From Nemertoderma westbladi (lineage: Eukaryota > Animalia > Xenacoelomorpha): 64,000 nucleotides of DNA. This document shows positions 1 to 12,341 of the stretch, piece after piece. The stretch spans positions 5,402 through 69,401 of the forward strand of contig JAUCBJ010001804.1 in the NCBI GenBank assembly GCA_032718475.1, given 5' to 3'. Under the pieces are notes generated by a model, which had not been told where the DNA came from, did no database searches, and saw only the letters and a program-made list of their open reading frames with translations. The translations under genes and the position numbers were made by a program. Position 1 is the first letter of the stretch, and each line of letters begins with the position of its first letter.

Positions 1-150
1 GACGCATCTTAAAGGACACTGGCCTTGAAGATGCGGATGATCTAGCAAATGTCATGGGTGATAGGGAGTTGTGGCGGTGCAATTTTGTCAATAAGCCGGC
101 ACAGCATTCTTAAAAATGCAGCTGCAATGCAGCATGCCGATCCTAGTAGT
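1..150 (+). mobile_element. 3' end of an RTE-like non-LTR retrotransposon (same family as 50874-51684)
   Basis: Reads RILKDTGLEDADDLANVMGDRELW, nearly identical to the end of ORF 50919..51575. Shares the same 3' UTR (cagcattcttaaaaatgca...gcagcatgccgatcc) and a (TAG)n tail. Confidence 0.8.
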
Positions 151-246
151 TTCGGGGCCAGTATTTACAGTAGTTAACCAACCATATGCAGCCAAGTGCC
201 AACAAGTCCAATATAGTGCTAGTTAGTCAAACCACGTGTCAGCGAG

Positions 247-671
247 TGACCGTTTATTGTTTTGGTTAGAAAGGCTAGCCTCTGTAACCTGCTCCTTTCC
301 TTCATTTGGTAAAGTGACTGTTTATTGTTTTGGTTAGAAAATCCGTCCTTTGAACCTGCTCCTTTCCATCAATTGGTAATTGTTTTTGGCTATAAAATGA
401 GTGTTTTGCTACGTCATGTGGTAATCGATTATCGATAACAACCACAAACTATTAAATTTAGAGTCTTTTACCACATGCGCATATGGAAATCTATCTCATA
501 GTCTATAAATCAAGGAATTTTGAATGTTTTGGCACAGGCATAGTGAAACCAACTGTCCGACAGACCAGAAATCAACAAATTTTGAATGTTTTGGCATAGT
601 CATGTTGAAATAAAACTGTCTGACAGTCCAGAAATCATCAGTCTGACATTTGAAGAAATACATACATAAAA
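247..671. repeat. Interspersed repeat copy carrying ~2 units of the 68-bp tandem motif
   Basis: Colinear with ~5070-5436: gtttattgttttggttagaaa...ctctgtaacctgctcctttcc...gaagaaatacatacataaaa. Confidence 0.8.
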
Positions 672-696
672 AGGGTACATGCTAAAAAGTGGAATG

Positions 697-1366
697 AGCT
701 AGAATGACCTAGAATGATCTAGAATGACCTAGAATGAGATAGAATGATCTAAGAATGACCTAGAATAAGCTATGAGGAGATTATAGAATGCAAGAATGAC
801 CTAGAATGACCTAAGAATCACCTAGAATGAGCTATGAGGATATGATAGAATGCAATACCGACCTATACCGAGCTGTAACAAGATAAGAATCGAGTCGTTT
901 GAGTCAGGGATATGAATCGTTTTTTCGAGAGCCAGCAATATGTCGTAGTATGGCGATTTCTAGTAAAGAGCAGGTAGTGGATAAGTTCTTTAGTTACAGC
1001 GCTTCGGTTTTGGAAACTACATACCGGAAGCCTATTAGTGCCGGACATAAACCAGGTAGTAAGCAGCATTCTTCTAAGCGAGCATATTACTACAAATAAT
1101 AGTATTACTAATAATAATAGCTCATTCTAGGTGATTCTTATCTTGTTATAGCTCGGTATAGGTCGGTATTGCATTCTATCATATACTCATACCCCATTCT
1201 AGGCGATTCTGATCTTGTTATAGCTTGGTATAGGTCGGTATTGCATTTTATCATCTCAACAGAGTTCGTTCTAGGTGATTCTTATGTGATTCTAGATAAT
1301 TCTAGATCATTCTTGCATTCTATTATTTTCTCATATCTCATTCTAGGTCATTCTAGACCATTCTAG
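697..1366. repeat. Foldback-type inverted repeat built from 10-bp (CTAGAATGAC)n units
   Basis: CTAGAATGAC/T array at 697-860 and its reverse complement at 1120-1366. Unique arm tagaatgcaataccgacctataccgagctgtaacaagataagaatc (~847-890) mirrors 1133-1178. Confidence 0.75.
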
Positions 1367-3890
1367 CCCTAGTAGCACATAACGTTCACACACAGCTTTT
1401 GGACGTTGAGAACATGTCCACTCCATAAACGTCGCACATACTGTACCAGATTTCAACGTTCTAAATTAGTCTCCATATAATAACGCCTAAATGGTGTTGG
1501 TGTTTCAACTGAAAAGTAACGTTCATTAATGGTATCAGTTAATTTCCCGTTAATGTTCTTGGACGTTTGAATGGCGTCCAAAGCAATAACCAGTTCAATT
1601 TGAGTTCAGAAACTGAAAAGTAACGATTTGTAAATGGCAAGTTATATTTCCGTTTTCTATTGTGAACGTTTCAATATTGTTTATTATCCAATAAAAATTA
1701 ACCAGTTCAATTTCAGTTCAGATATTTTTAAAATTGTCGTTCAAAAAATGTCCAAACTATGTTTTTCATAACCGTAGTTCAATAGCGGTTCAATACTAAA
1801 CATTTTCCGTTCAAAATAATAATTATCTGAACGACAAACTTTCCCACGCTATGGGAACCAGTGTCTGTGATGAATCATCCAATTACAGGCAATACTGGAA
1901 CTGCCCAAGTACTGAATGATGTAAAAATAGTGGTATATTGGTTCATACAGAACTCAGGAGCAAAGTATACAGTAGTACTGTAGGTACTGTATAACGGTGT
2001 GTAATACAACATACTGCATTGTATAACTGTAATTTAAATTAATTTTTGTTGCGTCTCAATTATTTCCTGTATATTTTTATGACGGCATGGGGTACATACG
2101 TCATGGGGTACATACATTCAATAGGCGAACAGTGCGAAGATCGAGGTCAATCTTGTGATGCTTTTCAACCGTATCGGGACCAATAATAAAGGGCCGCCAT
2201 CCATCAAAGAGACTAAAGGTAATTATTTACAATTTAATTATTAGTTAATAATTTTATTTCTAGTCGAATATATGACAGAACTTTAGACAGTTAGAGTTAT
2301 TAGCTTTAAAATATGTAATTTAATATATCACATGAGCGGTACTGCATGTAATTTAATTCGAAGATTGTTGTAATAAACAGATAAAATTAATGCAAAAAAA
2401 CATGATTGAATAAATATAAATTTTTTAAATTGATCCAATTTACCGATCAGCCTGCTTAAGCCACAGCGGTAAATTAAATATTTAAATTCTTTGGTTGAAT
2501 CTCTCAAGTTTATAATGCGGTATGTAAGTATTTATCTATCTATAACAAAAATTTGTTCCACCACCACCACCATGCAACCTTCAATTGGCTTACTGTGAAG
2601 CAGCATGCAAAGAATGATATGCCAGGTTTACTGTATACAAAATTCCACCGCCGCAATTCCCTATCCCCATAATTATCAGCATTTCCAAAGCCAATGTCCT
2701 TTAAGAGGCGTCTTGGGTGAAGTCATGGGGTGTCAAAGCGCAAGATTGTGCACAGACTCACTGGTTCTCACGGCGAAAGCAATGTCCTGCAAAGCGGAGG
2801 CGGCATATATATTATATGTATATTTATAGTATATATGTATGTATAAATGAGCATCACATTAGAAAGATTCGGTTTCATATTTGTGCAAGAGTATACAGTT
2901 TATAAAAGTATAGGCCTAACAGTATATCACTTGAAGTAAAAGTGACTTATACAGTACAACATGCTATTCATTAGGTATAATTATATAATCGGCTCCTTCC
3001 TTTTTTTGAAGTAAAGTAGTGCATAAAATGTTTCTTTTAATTTTTTTTATTTTTAAATAAATTTTATTTTTGTTACAGCTGGGAAAGGCAATTTATTATG
3101 GATGGAGTGTGTGTGGGGATTCGACTAGCTACAAAATTCAGGAGAAAACGAAGGAATGCTACCCAGAGAAAGATATCATTATACAGTACTCCCACTCTGT
3201 AATAATTAACTCTAGACTTATCTATTTAACTTTTACCTTAATGATATATTATGTATTTCCTATTTGATTTATCTTCTTGTTATGTTTCTTTCCATGTTTC
3301 TCATGTTCGGTAAATTCGGTATATTTGTGATAAAGTAAGTAGTGGTAATATTCAATATAAACTTGTGGTGTTATTTCAACAAGCAAATGTTTGTTTTCAT
3401 GTTCAGTTGATTTACTTTTGCTGCAGTCCTGCAGTACACAAATCGTTGCACTAACAGCGGTGGTCAGTTGTCCAGGGGGGGGGGGGGGGGGGGAGGGGCA
3501 TTTTGCCATATTATCATTTAATAGTGAATGATTGACAGCTATTTAGCAGTGGTTAAATATTCGTTCGAAATTATATATTTGAACTACACTTTTAGTTCAA
3601 GCACAGTTCAAACCAACAGTTTTGAACGTTTGAAGGAACCATTATTGAACCTTTTCAAAACAATATTAAACCGTTCAAAAGGAGTTCGGTAAATAATTAG
3701 TTGAACGGACCATTTTAGAACGAATATCTAACGTTTATAAGATGACGTCGAGTCAACGTTTTTTGAGCGGGACAAATCCCTTCCTAGATGAACGTGTACA
3801 GTGAACGCACCTAGAACGTTATCAGAACAACGTTATCCACGTTATTAGAACTATTCTAAACGTGAGGTGAACGTTGGTGTGCTACTAGGG
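1367..3890. mobile_element. Non-autonomous TIR DNA transposon with CCC termini and AACGTT-rich subtermini (EnSpm/CACTA-like, superfamily uncertain)
   Basis: Left end ccctagtagcacataacgttcac and right end gtgaacgttggtgtgctactaggg are inverted repeats. No convincing TSD seen. Confidence 0.6.
2600..2805 (-). pseudogene. Degenerate fragment of the RTE-like LINE family
   Basis: caagattgtgcacagactcactggttctcacggcgaaagcaatgtcctgcaaagcggaggcg matches ~51086-51143. The block caatgtcctttaagaggcgtct is also shared. Confidence 0.7.
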
Positions 3891-4622
3891 ATAAACATTG
3901 AATACAGGCATGCCAGACAGCCAGAATGAGTATTGTACAACATACCATCGGCCTACTGTATACCATTTACATGTGGAAAATTCCTCCATTACCGCGAATT
4001 TTAAAATTAGCCAATCATCAATCTCAGATTAGATAATAGAAGTGACAGCGTCTATCGCATAATGTTTATTTTATGTGACAAAATAACATTGTTCTGATAT
4101 GTAACAAATCATGTTTTTAAAATGTTAGAACTAAACACTTATAAAACATTTTTGACTAATGTTTATGTTCTCACATTAAAATAACGTTTTTTTAACATCA
4201 ACAGTTATCATTTATTTAATGTCTGACAAAGACATTATAGAGTAATGTTAAAATAACATATATTGAACATCTAAATATTCTATCAAACAAGGGAATAACA
4301 TTTATCAACATTTATAACAAATTAATGATGTTTTTCTGACATTCCGTGAAAGTAAATTGTTTGCAGGGTACCGGCACTGGTACTGCTATAGGCCTACTGT
4401 GTAGCCTACCATTTAAATACGGTAATGGTAGGCATACCGGTTGTGCTAACAAATTTTAAATAATTGATAGGCGAAACTGGATTGCAGGATTGTGGAAAAT
4501 GTGGATATACCTTTCACATAATTTAGGCCTTACTGTATTAGTTTTATAATCAATAATGGATCATGACTACTGTCTAAGTAGTGTTACGGATAGCGGCTCC
4601 ACTACTTCCAACAGCACAGAAG

Positions 4623-5436
4623 GCCCGCCTCTGTAACCTGCCCCTTTCCCTCAATTAGTTAAATGATCGTTTATTGTTTTGGTTAGAAAATCCCATCTCT
4701 GTAACCTGCTCCTTTCCCTCAATTAGTTAAATGATCGTTTTATTGTTTTGGTTAGAAAATCCCGTCTCTGTAACCTGCTCCTTTCCCTGATTTGGTAAAG
4801 TGACTGTTTATTGTTTTGGTTAGAAAATCCCGCCTCTGTAACCTGCTCCTTTCCCTCAATTAGTTTAAGTGATCGTTTATTGTTTTGGTTAGGAAATCCC
4901 GCCTCTGTAACCTGCTCCTTTCCCTCAATTGGTAATGTTATCGTTTATTGTTTTGGTTAGAAAATCCCGCCTCTGTAACCTGCTCCTTTCTCTCAATTGG
5001 TAATGTTATCGTTTATTGTTTTGGTTAGAAAATCCCGTCTCTGTAACCTGCTCCTTTCCCTCAATTAGTTAAATGATCGTTTATTGTTTTGGTTAGAAAA
5101 TCCCGTCTCTGTAACCTGCTCCTTTCCCTGATTTGGTAAAGTGACTGTTTATTGTTTTGGTTAGAAAACTCGGCCTTAACCTGCTCCTTTCCATCAATTG
5201 GTAATTGTTTTTGGCTATAAAATGAGTGTTTTGCTACGTCATGTGGTAATCGATTATCGACAACAACCACAAACTATTAAATATAGAGTCTTTTTACCAC
5301 AGGCGCATATGGAAATCTATCTCATAGTCTATAAATCATGGAATCATAGAATGTTTTGGCACAGGCATAGTGAAATCAACTGTCTGACAGTCCAGAAATC
5401 AGCAGTCTGACAGTTTGAAGAAATACATACATAAAA
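4623..5436. repeat. Minisatellite (68-bp unit, ~8 copies, 4623-~5200) inside an interspersed repeat
   Basis: Unit tcccgYctctgtaacctgctcctttccctcaattagttaaatgatcgtttattgttttggttagaaaa, with starts at 4691, 4760, 4828 etc. The unique tail is shared with 360-671. Confidence 0.9.
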
Positions 5437-6293
5437 ATTTACAATAAAAGTCATTAAATGGACAACAAAAGTCATTATGCATAATTCGTAAAAAAAAAGT
5501 GACAAAAAAAGTCAAATAAATTGACATAAAAAATCACTGCCATACAAATATACAAAAGTGGGCTAAAGTTGCCCCATTCTACAGTAGTCAAGTTAAACTG
5601 TATGACTCAAACAATTGATGCGAACCAGCTAACGATAGACATAAAAGATTATAACCATTACCGGTACTGCCTGGGATCTGGGGATATTGGAAAAACTTGC
5701 TCTTCAGCGTAACGGTCGTGACATATTTTCCATCCACTCATTTAGTCATTACAATACAATGCTATTATAAAAAATTTTTTTATTGTACATTATTTAACCG
5801 ACATGGCTAATTACTACATATATATATATAAGATTCTGAAAAACATATGGCATTGTCAGTTTGGTAATGATAATGGTCATGCCATTTTGGTTTGTATGTA
5901 ATTATGCCAAAAATATTGAATTTTTGGCATTTTTAAAATCACATTTTGTCAGCTAGTAGCCGTCTGGCAGTTGTATGTCTGTACGTACTGACGTACCCAT
6001 ATCCAACACCAGCACCCAGGGCTGCAGGGAGCCAGGTACAACCTGACAACTGTACAACTACGCACTGGCACTATACTTCTGTTTCTGTACTTGTGTACTG
6101 TCCCACTCTGCACTGTCACCAATTTTGAAACCACTTTTGCATATTGCACTACGGTCAGACGGTACAGCGATAAGTACAGAAGTAACTAGGCCTAGAGCTA
6201 GGCCTAGGCCTAGAGCTAGTACAGTAGAACTAAGGCATAGAGCTGTTGATATAGACAGATCTGCAGATAGAGCATCTGAGCATAGAGTTACAC

Positions 6294-6848
6294 ATGAGTT
6301 CCACGGACGAAAACGGTGCATACGAGGAAACTTCCATGAATGGAACAAACCTGAGTCAAATAGACCGGAACAGAAACCGGTTCCCGTGCTGTATTGTGTG
6401 GACACCGATCCCATGTATCACATGGCTGCTACCCTGCATCGGTCACATGGGTATCTGCACGTCCACGGGTGTTATTCGCGACTTTGGCGGGCCGTACTTC
6501 GTATCGGAGGATTGTATGACATTCGGGAACCCGACCAAGTTCTGGCGGCTGGACCCCGCGCTCATCAGCAGCAATTCGCGTTGGGACACCGCCGTACACG
6601 AGGCTTCAGAGGTTTACAAACACAGGATGCACATTCTCTGTTGGGATAATTGTCACTCCCATGTCGCATACGCGCTCAACCTAATGGAATACAAACGAAG
6701 TCATAGATGGAATATGATTAATCTTTGGTTTCTTATGCTTATCCACGGCAGATTCACGAGTGTAGGCGGTTTCATTAAAACCTGGGGTCCTTTCATCGTT
6801 ATCGTGCTCATTATAACTGGGGTGGTTGTCTTGCTAAAGAGCTTGTAG
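6294..6848 (+). CDS. TMEM222: Transmembrane protein 222 (DUF778 / RTE1-like family), single coding exon
   Basis: 184-aa ORF with hallmark motifs RFPCCIVWTPIP, IGHMGICTSTGVIRDF, YFVSED.M.FG.PT, WD.AVHEASE.YKHRMH.LC.DNCHSHVA.ALN.M.Y and WNM, plus a C-terminal hydrophobic helix. Confidence 0.95.
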   Translation: MSSTDENGAYEETSMNGTNLSQIDRNRNRFPCCIVWTPIPCITWLLPCIGHMGICTSTGVIRDFGGPYFVSEDCMTFGNPTKFWRLDPALISSNSRWDTAVHEASEVYKHRMHILCWDNCHSHVAYALNLMEYKRSHRWNMINLWFLMLIHGRFTSVGGFIKTWGPFIVIVLIITGVVVLLKSL

Positions 6849-7489
6849 AACAATGATCTGCAGTTTGTGAATGTTTATTTTGTTCTTTCAGTCTTTTGGG
6901 GACAGGTAGGCCTATATAACAGGGTAATGATAACCCTTCTATCGATAACCACAGATAACTCTGTACCTAATCCTTACCTTTGCCCATATTTTATTTATGA
7001 GGCGGTGGTGTAGTATCCCGAACATTGAATAGTGAATTTACGTTGTTTATCCTACTTAATTATTATTTATTATAAAGCCAACTGCATTTCTTTTCCCTTG
7101 TTTGTTATTGCATTCGTTTTCCTTGCAGTACTTCAATATATCTGCGATTTTTTGGTGCGATTCTTATTCTAAACTTATATAAAATTATTAATATGAAATG
7201 TAATTATTATTTGTATTATTATTTATTCGAACTGGAGAAAATCAATATATATTGATTATATTGATGTATTTTCTTTTGGTTTATTTATTTCCATTATTTA
7301 CGTTAGTATGGCTACATTACTGGTACCCACCCATAAGTACCGCCACACGTATGAATTCTAACTAGTTATAACTTAAATAATTTTAATATTTGTTTTGAAT
7401 ATCTATTATTTTATTTTACAAACAATTTATTTGTTAATTTTAATTTAGATAAAAGGAGTTCTTGTTCCTTGGACACGTAATTTTCGTAC

Positions 7490-8527
7490 CCATCACTTTC
7501 GTACCCATCACTAAAAAGTACAAGTTTGCGATGTCTAGTGCTGTTTTTATTGATTCCATCGGATTCAGGACCATCATAAACCCGTATAACGCAATAATCA
7601 AGATGATACTATCTACTGATCAATTTGCATATTTTCAAAAATTTGGTGCTGGCACAACAATTTTCACCCAATCTGCAAAAAATACAAGTTTGAAAAGTCT
7701 TATAAAATTTTTACTTATTCCATTGAATTCAGAACCCTCACAAACCCGTATAACGCTAGAAATTAGGTGACACAATAATTTATATATTTGTTTGTTTTCA
7801 CAATTTGGGGCTAGCACCACATTTTGCACCCACTTCCGAAAAATACAAGTTTGAGATGTCTAGTTCGATAATTATATATTTCATTGAATTTAGAACTGCA
7901 TAAACCTCTAAAAAGTAAGAAATAAATTGTCACAAGCAATTTTATCTATTGAATGGATTTTCACAATTTCGTGCTAGCACCAAAATTTGCACACAGCACC
8001 GAAAAATACAAGTTTGAAACGCTTGGTGTAACTCGTATATATTCCATAATGAATGAAACCAGAACCCCAAAAAAACCCAATTGCGTAAAAAACAAGTTAC
8101 AAACAATCAATTTACAAAATTGACATATTTCAAAATTTGGTGCTGGCACCAAAATTTGGCACCCGCCGAAAAAAACAAGTTTAAAAATTCTAAGTTAATT
8201 TATATGAATTCCATCCAATTGCTATCACCAAAAAACCGGTGTAAATAAAAAATAGAGATGTTACATATCATATTTAATGAAATGTAATTTTCAAAAAACG
8301 CCTCATAAAAAGTGCCAAAAGTTGGGTTAAAAAATGGTGCTATAACTCGAAAACTACCCAATATTTTTGAAAACGGTTTTCACTGTTAGGAAGACAATAG
8401 ATTGTTAGGAAAAGTCATAAAATTTCAGATTTCCAACTGCGTTTGTTTCAGAATTATAACAAAAAAAACCACGGGGGGGTGGGGGTGGGGGTCATATTGA
8501 CCCCCCCCCCCCCCGGGTTTGATAGGG
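7490..8527 (-). mobile_element. Truncated inverted copy of the piggyBac-like non-autonomous element at 12342-13881
   Basis: Reverse-complement match to ~12342-13360. Ends ccccgggtttgataggg|TTAA. Contains internal ~160-bp imperfect repeats (ggtgctagcacc...aaaatacaagtttg). Confidence 0.8.
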
Positions 8528-8930
8528 TTAAAATTACACTAAATACTAAAATTACACTAACACTCGACGGGAACAATATAAAAAATGTTTGTTGTATTAT
8601 TGTTTTGTTATATTATGTCCCATTCTGTTCTATAACCTTAGACTCTTGTTAGTTTATTAATATACGATTAGAATTAAAGTGCTGGTATAACCTTGATGTA
8701 ATGGGAGGCCATACAAAAATATATACAGTATGTTTTAATAGACATCCGCATCCGTGCGGATGTCACCTCAGACATCCGCATCTGAATCCGCGGATATTAA
8801 AAATATGACATTCGCAACATCCCTATTTATTATTTATAAATTAGTATAATTATAATTGATTATTAATATAATTATTAGGTATTATGATGAATTATCATTC
8901 TTTAGTTGGAAAATTATTTTTCATTTTTTC

Positions 8931-9752
8931 TAGAGTTGAAACCGAGACCTGTTTTTCTTAATCCCGGTAAACCAGAGCCCTACCCGGGGCAATATTTTGA
9001 AAAATACCGGAGACCAGAGCATGAGATCAGAGACTTTGCTTATTTTTTGTACATACAATTTGATTACTCCCCTATAGCACAAACAGGTACATACGGCCTT
9101 ATAACTATTTTTCTATGGTTCAATTGCAGTAAAGTAAATCCAACCCATTTCTTACCCTGACCCATTGTAAGAAAATAAGCGCACGTACAGTTTGGGGGGC
9201 TTAATTAATATTAATTTGGTTATTTGTTTATTAATTCGTTTATTAATTCGTTATATTGTTTTTGTTAATAATATGTTACATTAATTTGTTTTACCCCATA
9301 GTTACCGGTACTTTGTTAATTAAAGGCACTTATTTTACAATTGTTCAAATCATAAACATTTCAATATACTATAAACTTGGTCATTTACTAATAGTTAGTG
9401 CACAGGTATAGTGCTCTACTCGCCCCATTTACAAGCCTCGTTACGCTCGTTCTTTCCATTTGGTCGTCATATTATCTATCATATAACAAATTGAATATAG
9501 AACAGCCCTTTCTTTCACTTTTAAACATTATGAGTGCTCAAATTAAGCACCCTTATCCTTAAATAAGAACTACCTTAGGTGCTAGTTTAACTTAAAATTA
9601 ACTATTTTTAAATATCTATTTATAATTTGTCAAATCACTGATCTCTGGGTAAAATGTCTGTTTTCAATACCCGGGAACCAGAGACCTATCCAGAGACAAA
9701 AAAACCGTCCGGAAAATCCAGAGATCAGTGACAAGTCTCTGTTTCAACTCTA
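8931..9752. mobile_element. hAT-like MITE
   Basis: TIRs tagagttgaaaccgagac / gtctctgtttcaactcta. 8-bp TSD ATTTTTTC at 8923-8930 and 9753-9760. Confidence 0.85.
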
Positions 9753-10199
9753 ATTTTTTCCAATGTTTTTCATGCTCAAAATGGTTCAAAATATACAAAA
9801 AGTGAAAAAAATATTTAAAAAATTTTTTTTTCTGGATTTTCGTTATTGTATCAAATATGCTACAGTATGGGAATAGTCTTTCCTAAATTTGTAGCAAATA
9901 TGCTACAGTTTATTATTTACTCGAAAAATTATATTATATCTCATAGTTTTTCCAAAGTTACAACTCCAAGAAGTATTATTTCAATACATAATACATTTTG
10001 GTGTGCTTCGCAGCATAGATCACTGGCATTATCATCAACAATACTGCGGTTTTTGGAGTTCAGAAATCCACAGATTGACACCCTGAGTATGATATTTACC
10101 CCCTTTTGAATATTTCCGGGGTTAATGTTGTTAATGTCCATTCGAGGTCCATTTCTAGTTTGAACTGTCCCTCTCTTTGAGCCACTCTCCTTGCATCAG

Positions 10200-10810
10200 A
10201 TACAAAGCCAAGCCTGTTTCCGGAGTAAGGCTGCCAAAGCACTAGATTATGCACATGATGGTACTCACGACAAAAGCAGTGTCCTGTGAAGCGAAGCGGC
10301 TTCATTCAAGTGTCAAGCCCAACATGGACTCCCATAGAGTACTGGAACTACAAACAAAATTGCGCAGCCACAACTTCCCATCCACCATGGCTAGGGTATC
10401 CGCGCAACTAAGTCCAGCGTCCTTTAAGAGGCGTCTCAAGTAAGCCGTAGACTGTCAAACATGCTTATATTCTCTCCATGAGCCAGTCAATCAATCACAA
10501 GACGTGCACTTAAAATCGTCGTCCTCACGGGAAGCAAAAAAAAGCAATGTCCTACAAATATGAGGTGGCTATGTTCAAGTGCCAAGCTTTGGTAGATCAA
10601 TCCAATAGATACAGTAGCTCCAATGTTATATACTGTGGTGTCAGCCTGGAGATGTGTCCATTGTACATATTGAACCAGGTGAATTGTTCTTGTTGAGCAG
10701 TTAGAGCTCGGCGTGGAGTACACTTAAGTGGAAAATATTGTGGATGGAGTTCCACCATTTTACCTGATTCTGATAATCGAATTCACATACAGAAGCACAT
10801 GTGCTACAGT
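10200..10810 (-). pseudogene. Highly degenerate RTE-like LINE fragment
   Basis: Minus-strand LRFTGHCFCREYHHVHNLVLWQP matches LRFAGHCFRREDQPVHNLVLWHP of ORF 50919..51575. Confidence 0.65.
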
Positions 10811-11180
10811 ACAATTATATTTGGTAAGTTTTTTAGAATCAGTTTGAATAATCCCTCGTTTTATAAAAAATGGCGGGAAGCTTTGAAAACTTTGAATGTC
10901 TTTTTCTTGAAAAGCTTTTTTTGTTTTTTAGACACAAAGGACACCTTTCTGAGGAACTACTGGTTGAAATCTCATGAAATTTTCAGGAAATGATCACAAC
11001 AACGATTGGCCTATGCATGACTAGTATTGGTTGGGTGCTTTCTTAAGAAGTTATTAAGAAAACAATTGTTGAAATGCCGTAAACAAAAAAAAAAAATTAT
11101 TTTTAGTTTTTTTTAGTCTTGCTCTTGTCCGAATGGTTGTTACAGCCACCTGCAAAATTTCAGGTTTTGATTTTGTTTAA

Positions 11181-11928
11181 GGGGGGGGGGGGGGGGGGGG
11201 GGGGGGGTACACCATTTTCGGACAACTCCTCGATTTATCACTCTCAGCGTTTCAAAATTGTTTGGTTTTGGCTTAAATTTGGAATATAGGTACCTAAGAT
11301 GCTATTCTACATGACAGGTCAGAAATTATTTTTTTCGCTATTTAATATTAGTTAATACTAGTTAACAATAAAAAAAACTTGGTTGCGCTTAAAACCCTAA
11401 GGCTTTTACAGTTTTGAATCGAATCACATGAAAGTTTTTTATATGATAGATCAAAGATGGGGCAACATAACTATCAGGCGAAATTTTGTGAAAATAATTC
11501 TCCACCGCTAGGTGGCGCTGCAAATTTATGCTAATTTTTTAGGTTTGTTATAAATAGTATTACATTTTATTAACGAAACAATTTCGAAAAGTTGCCTGAT
11601 ACTTTTATGCAGGGTGGCATTGGCTATCCAGACACCCACAGGAAGTTTCAGACTAATTGCTCAAACATTGTAGAAGTGGTAGGGTTTTGAAGTTTACAAT
11701 TTCATAAAAAAAATATTTGGAGATAATCGACCTTTCATTATACATAGTAATAGTAATTTCAATAGGATTCCCTAAATGGAAATTGTTATAACTTGAAAAC
11801 TAAAAGAGCTATTAAATAGCGGTTTTCAGATTTGGAAACACCATTCAATGGTGCATTATAATAGACCATAAAAAAATTCGACATATTTTGGACCAAAATG
11901 GTGTACACCCCCCCCCCCCCCCCCCCCC
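11181..11928. mobile_element. TTAA-flanked non-autonomous DNA transposon (Kolobok-like termini)
   Basis: TTAA|(G)n-tacaccatttt ... aaaatggtgta-ca(C)n|TTAA. Purine start after a TTAA TSD is typical of Kolobok. Confidence 0.65.
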
Positions 11929-12186
11929 TTAACAGTAAAACATTAAAGAAAACCTTGGGGTACCCTACAACCAAAAAGCTACAATATGACAACCCCCCTC
12001 CTGGATCCTGTAAAACATTATATTACTGTACATTACATTTTTCGGACCTCATCTGTAAGTAAAAACGCCATAGAATATTATCGATAATGATTCCCTATGT
12101 AAAACCAAGAGAATAGATTAGCGACTTTCTGTAACGCGACAGTAGCCGTACTGCCACTGCGCCCGCCATGGGGAATGAGGCCGAGT

Positions 12187-12279
12187 TGGAAGTATAGAGT
12201 GAGCGGGGTTTTTTAATAACTTACAGTAATTAGTAATTACTGTAAGTTATTAAAATACCCCATTCACTCTATACTTCCA
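12187..12279. repeat. Long near-perfect palindrome (~45-bp arms, 3-nt loop)
   Basis: tggaagtatagagtgagcggggttttttaataacttacagtaatt-agt-aattactgtaagttattaaaataccccattcactctatacttcca. One arm recurs at ~44240-44277. Confidence 0.85.
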
Positions 12280-12341
12280 GCTAAACTTAACTAAACGTAA
12301 TTACTAATTATGTTTAGATCACTTTAAAAAACATTTCTTAA

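Noticed and set aside
4623-5200. Regular repeats resembling a CRISPR array
   Set aside because: Units are contiguous 68-bp tandem copies without unique spacers; eukaryotic context and no cas genes.
6058-6649. ORFs 6125..6649 (+) and 6058..6414 (-)
   Set aside because: Shadow frames overlapping TMEM222 with no recognisable motifs.
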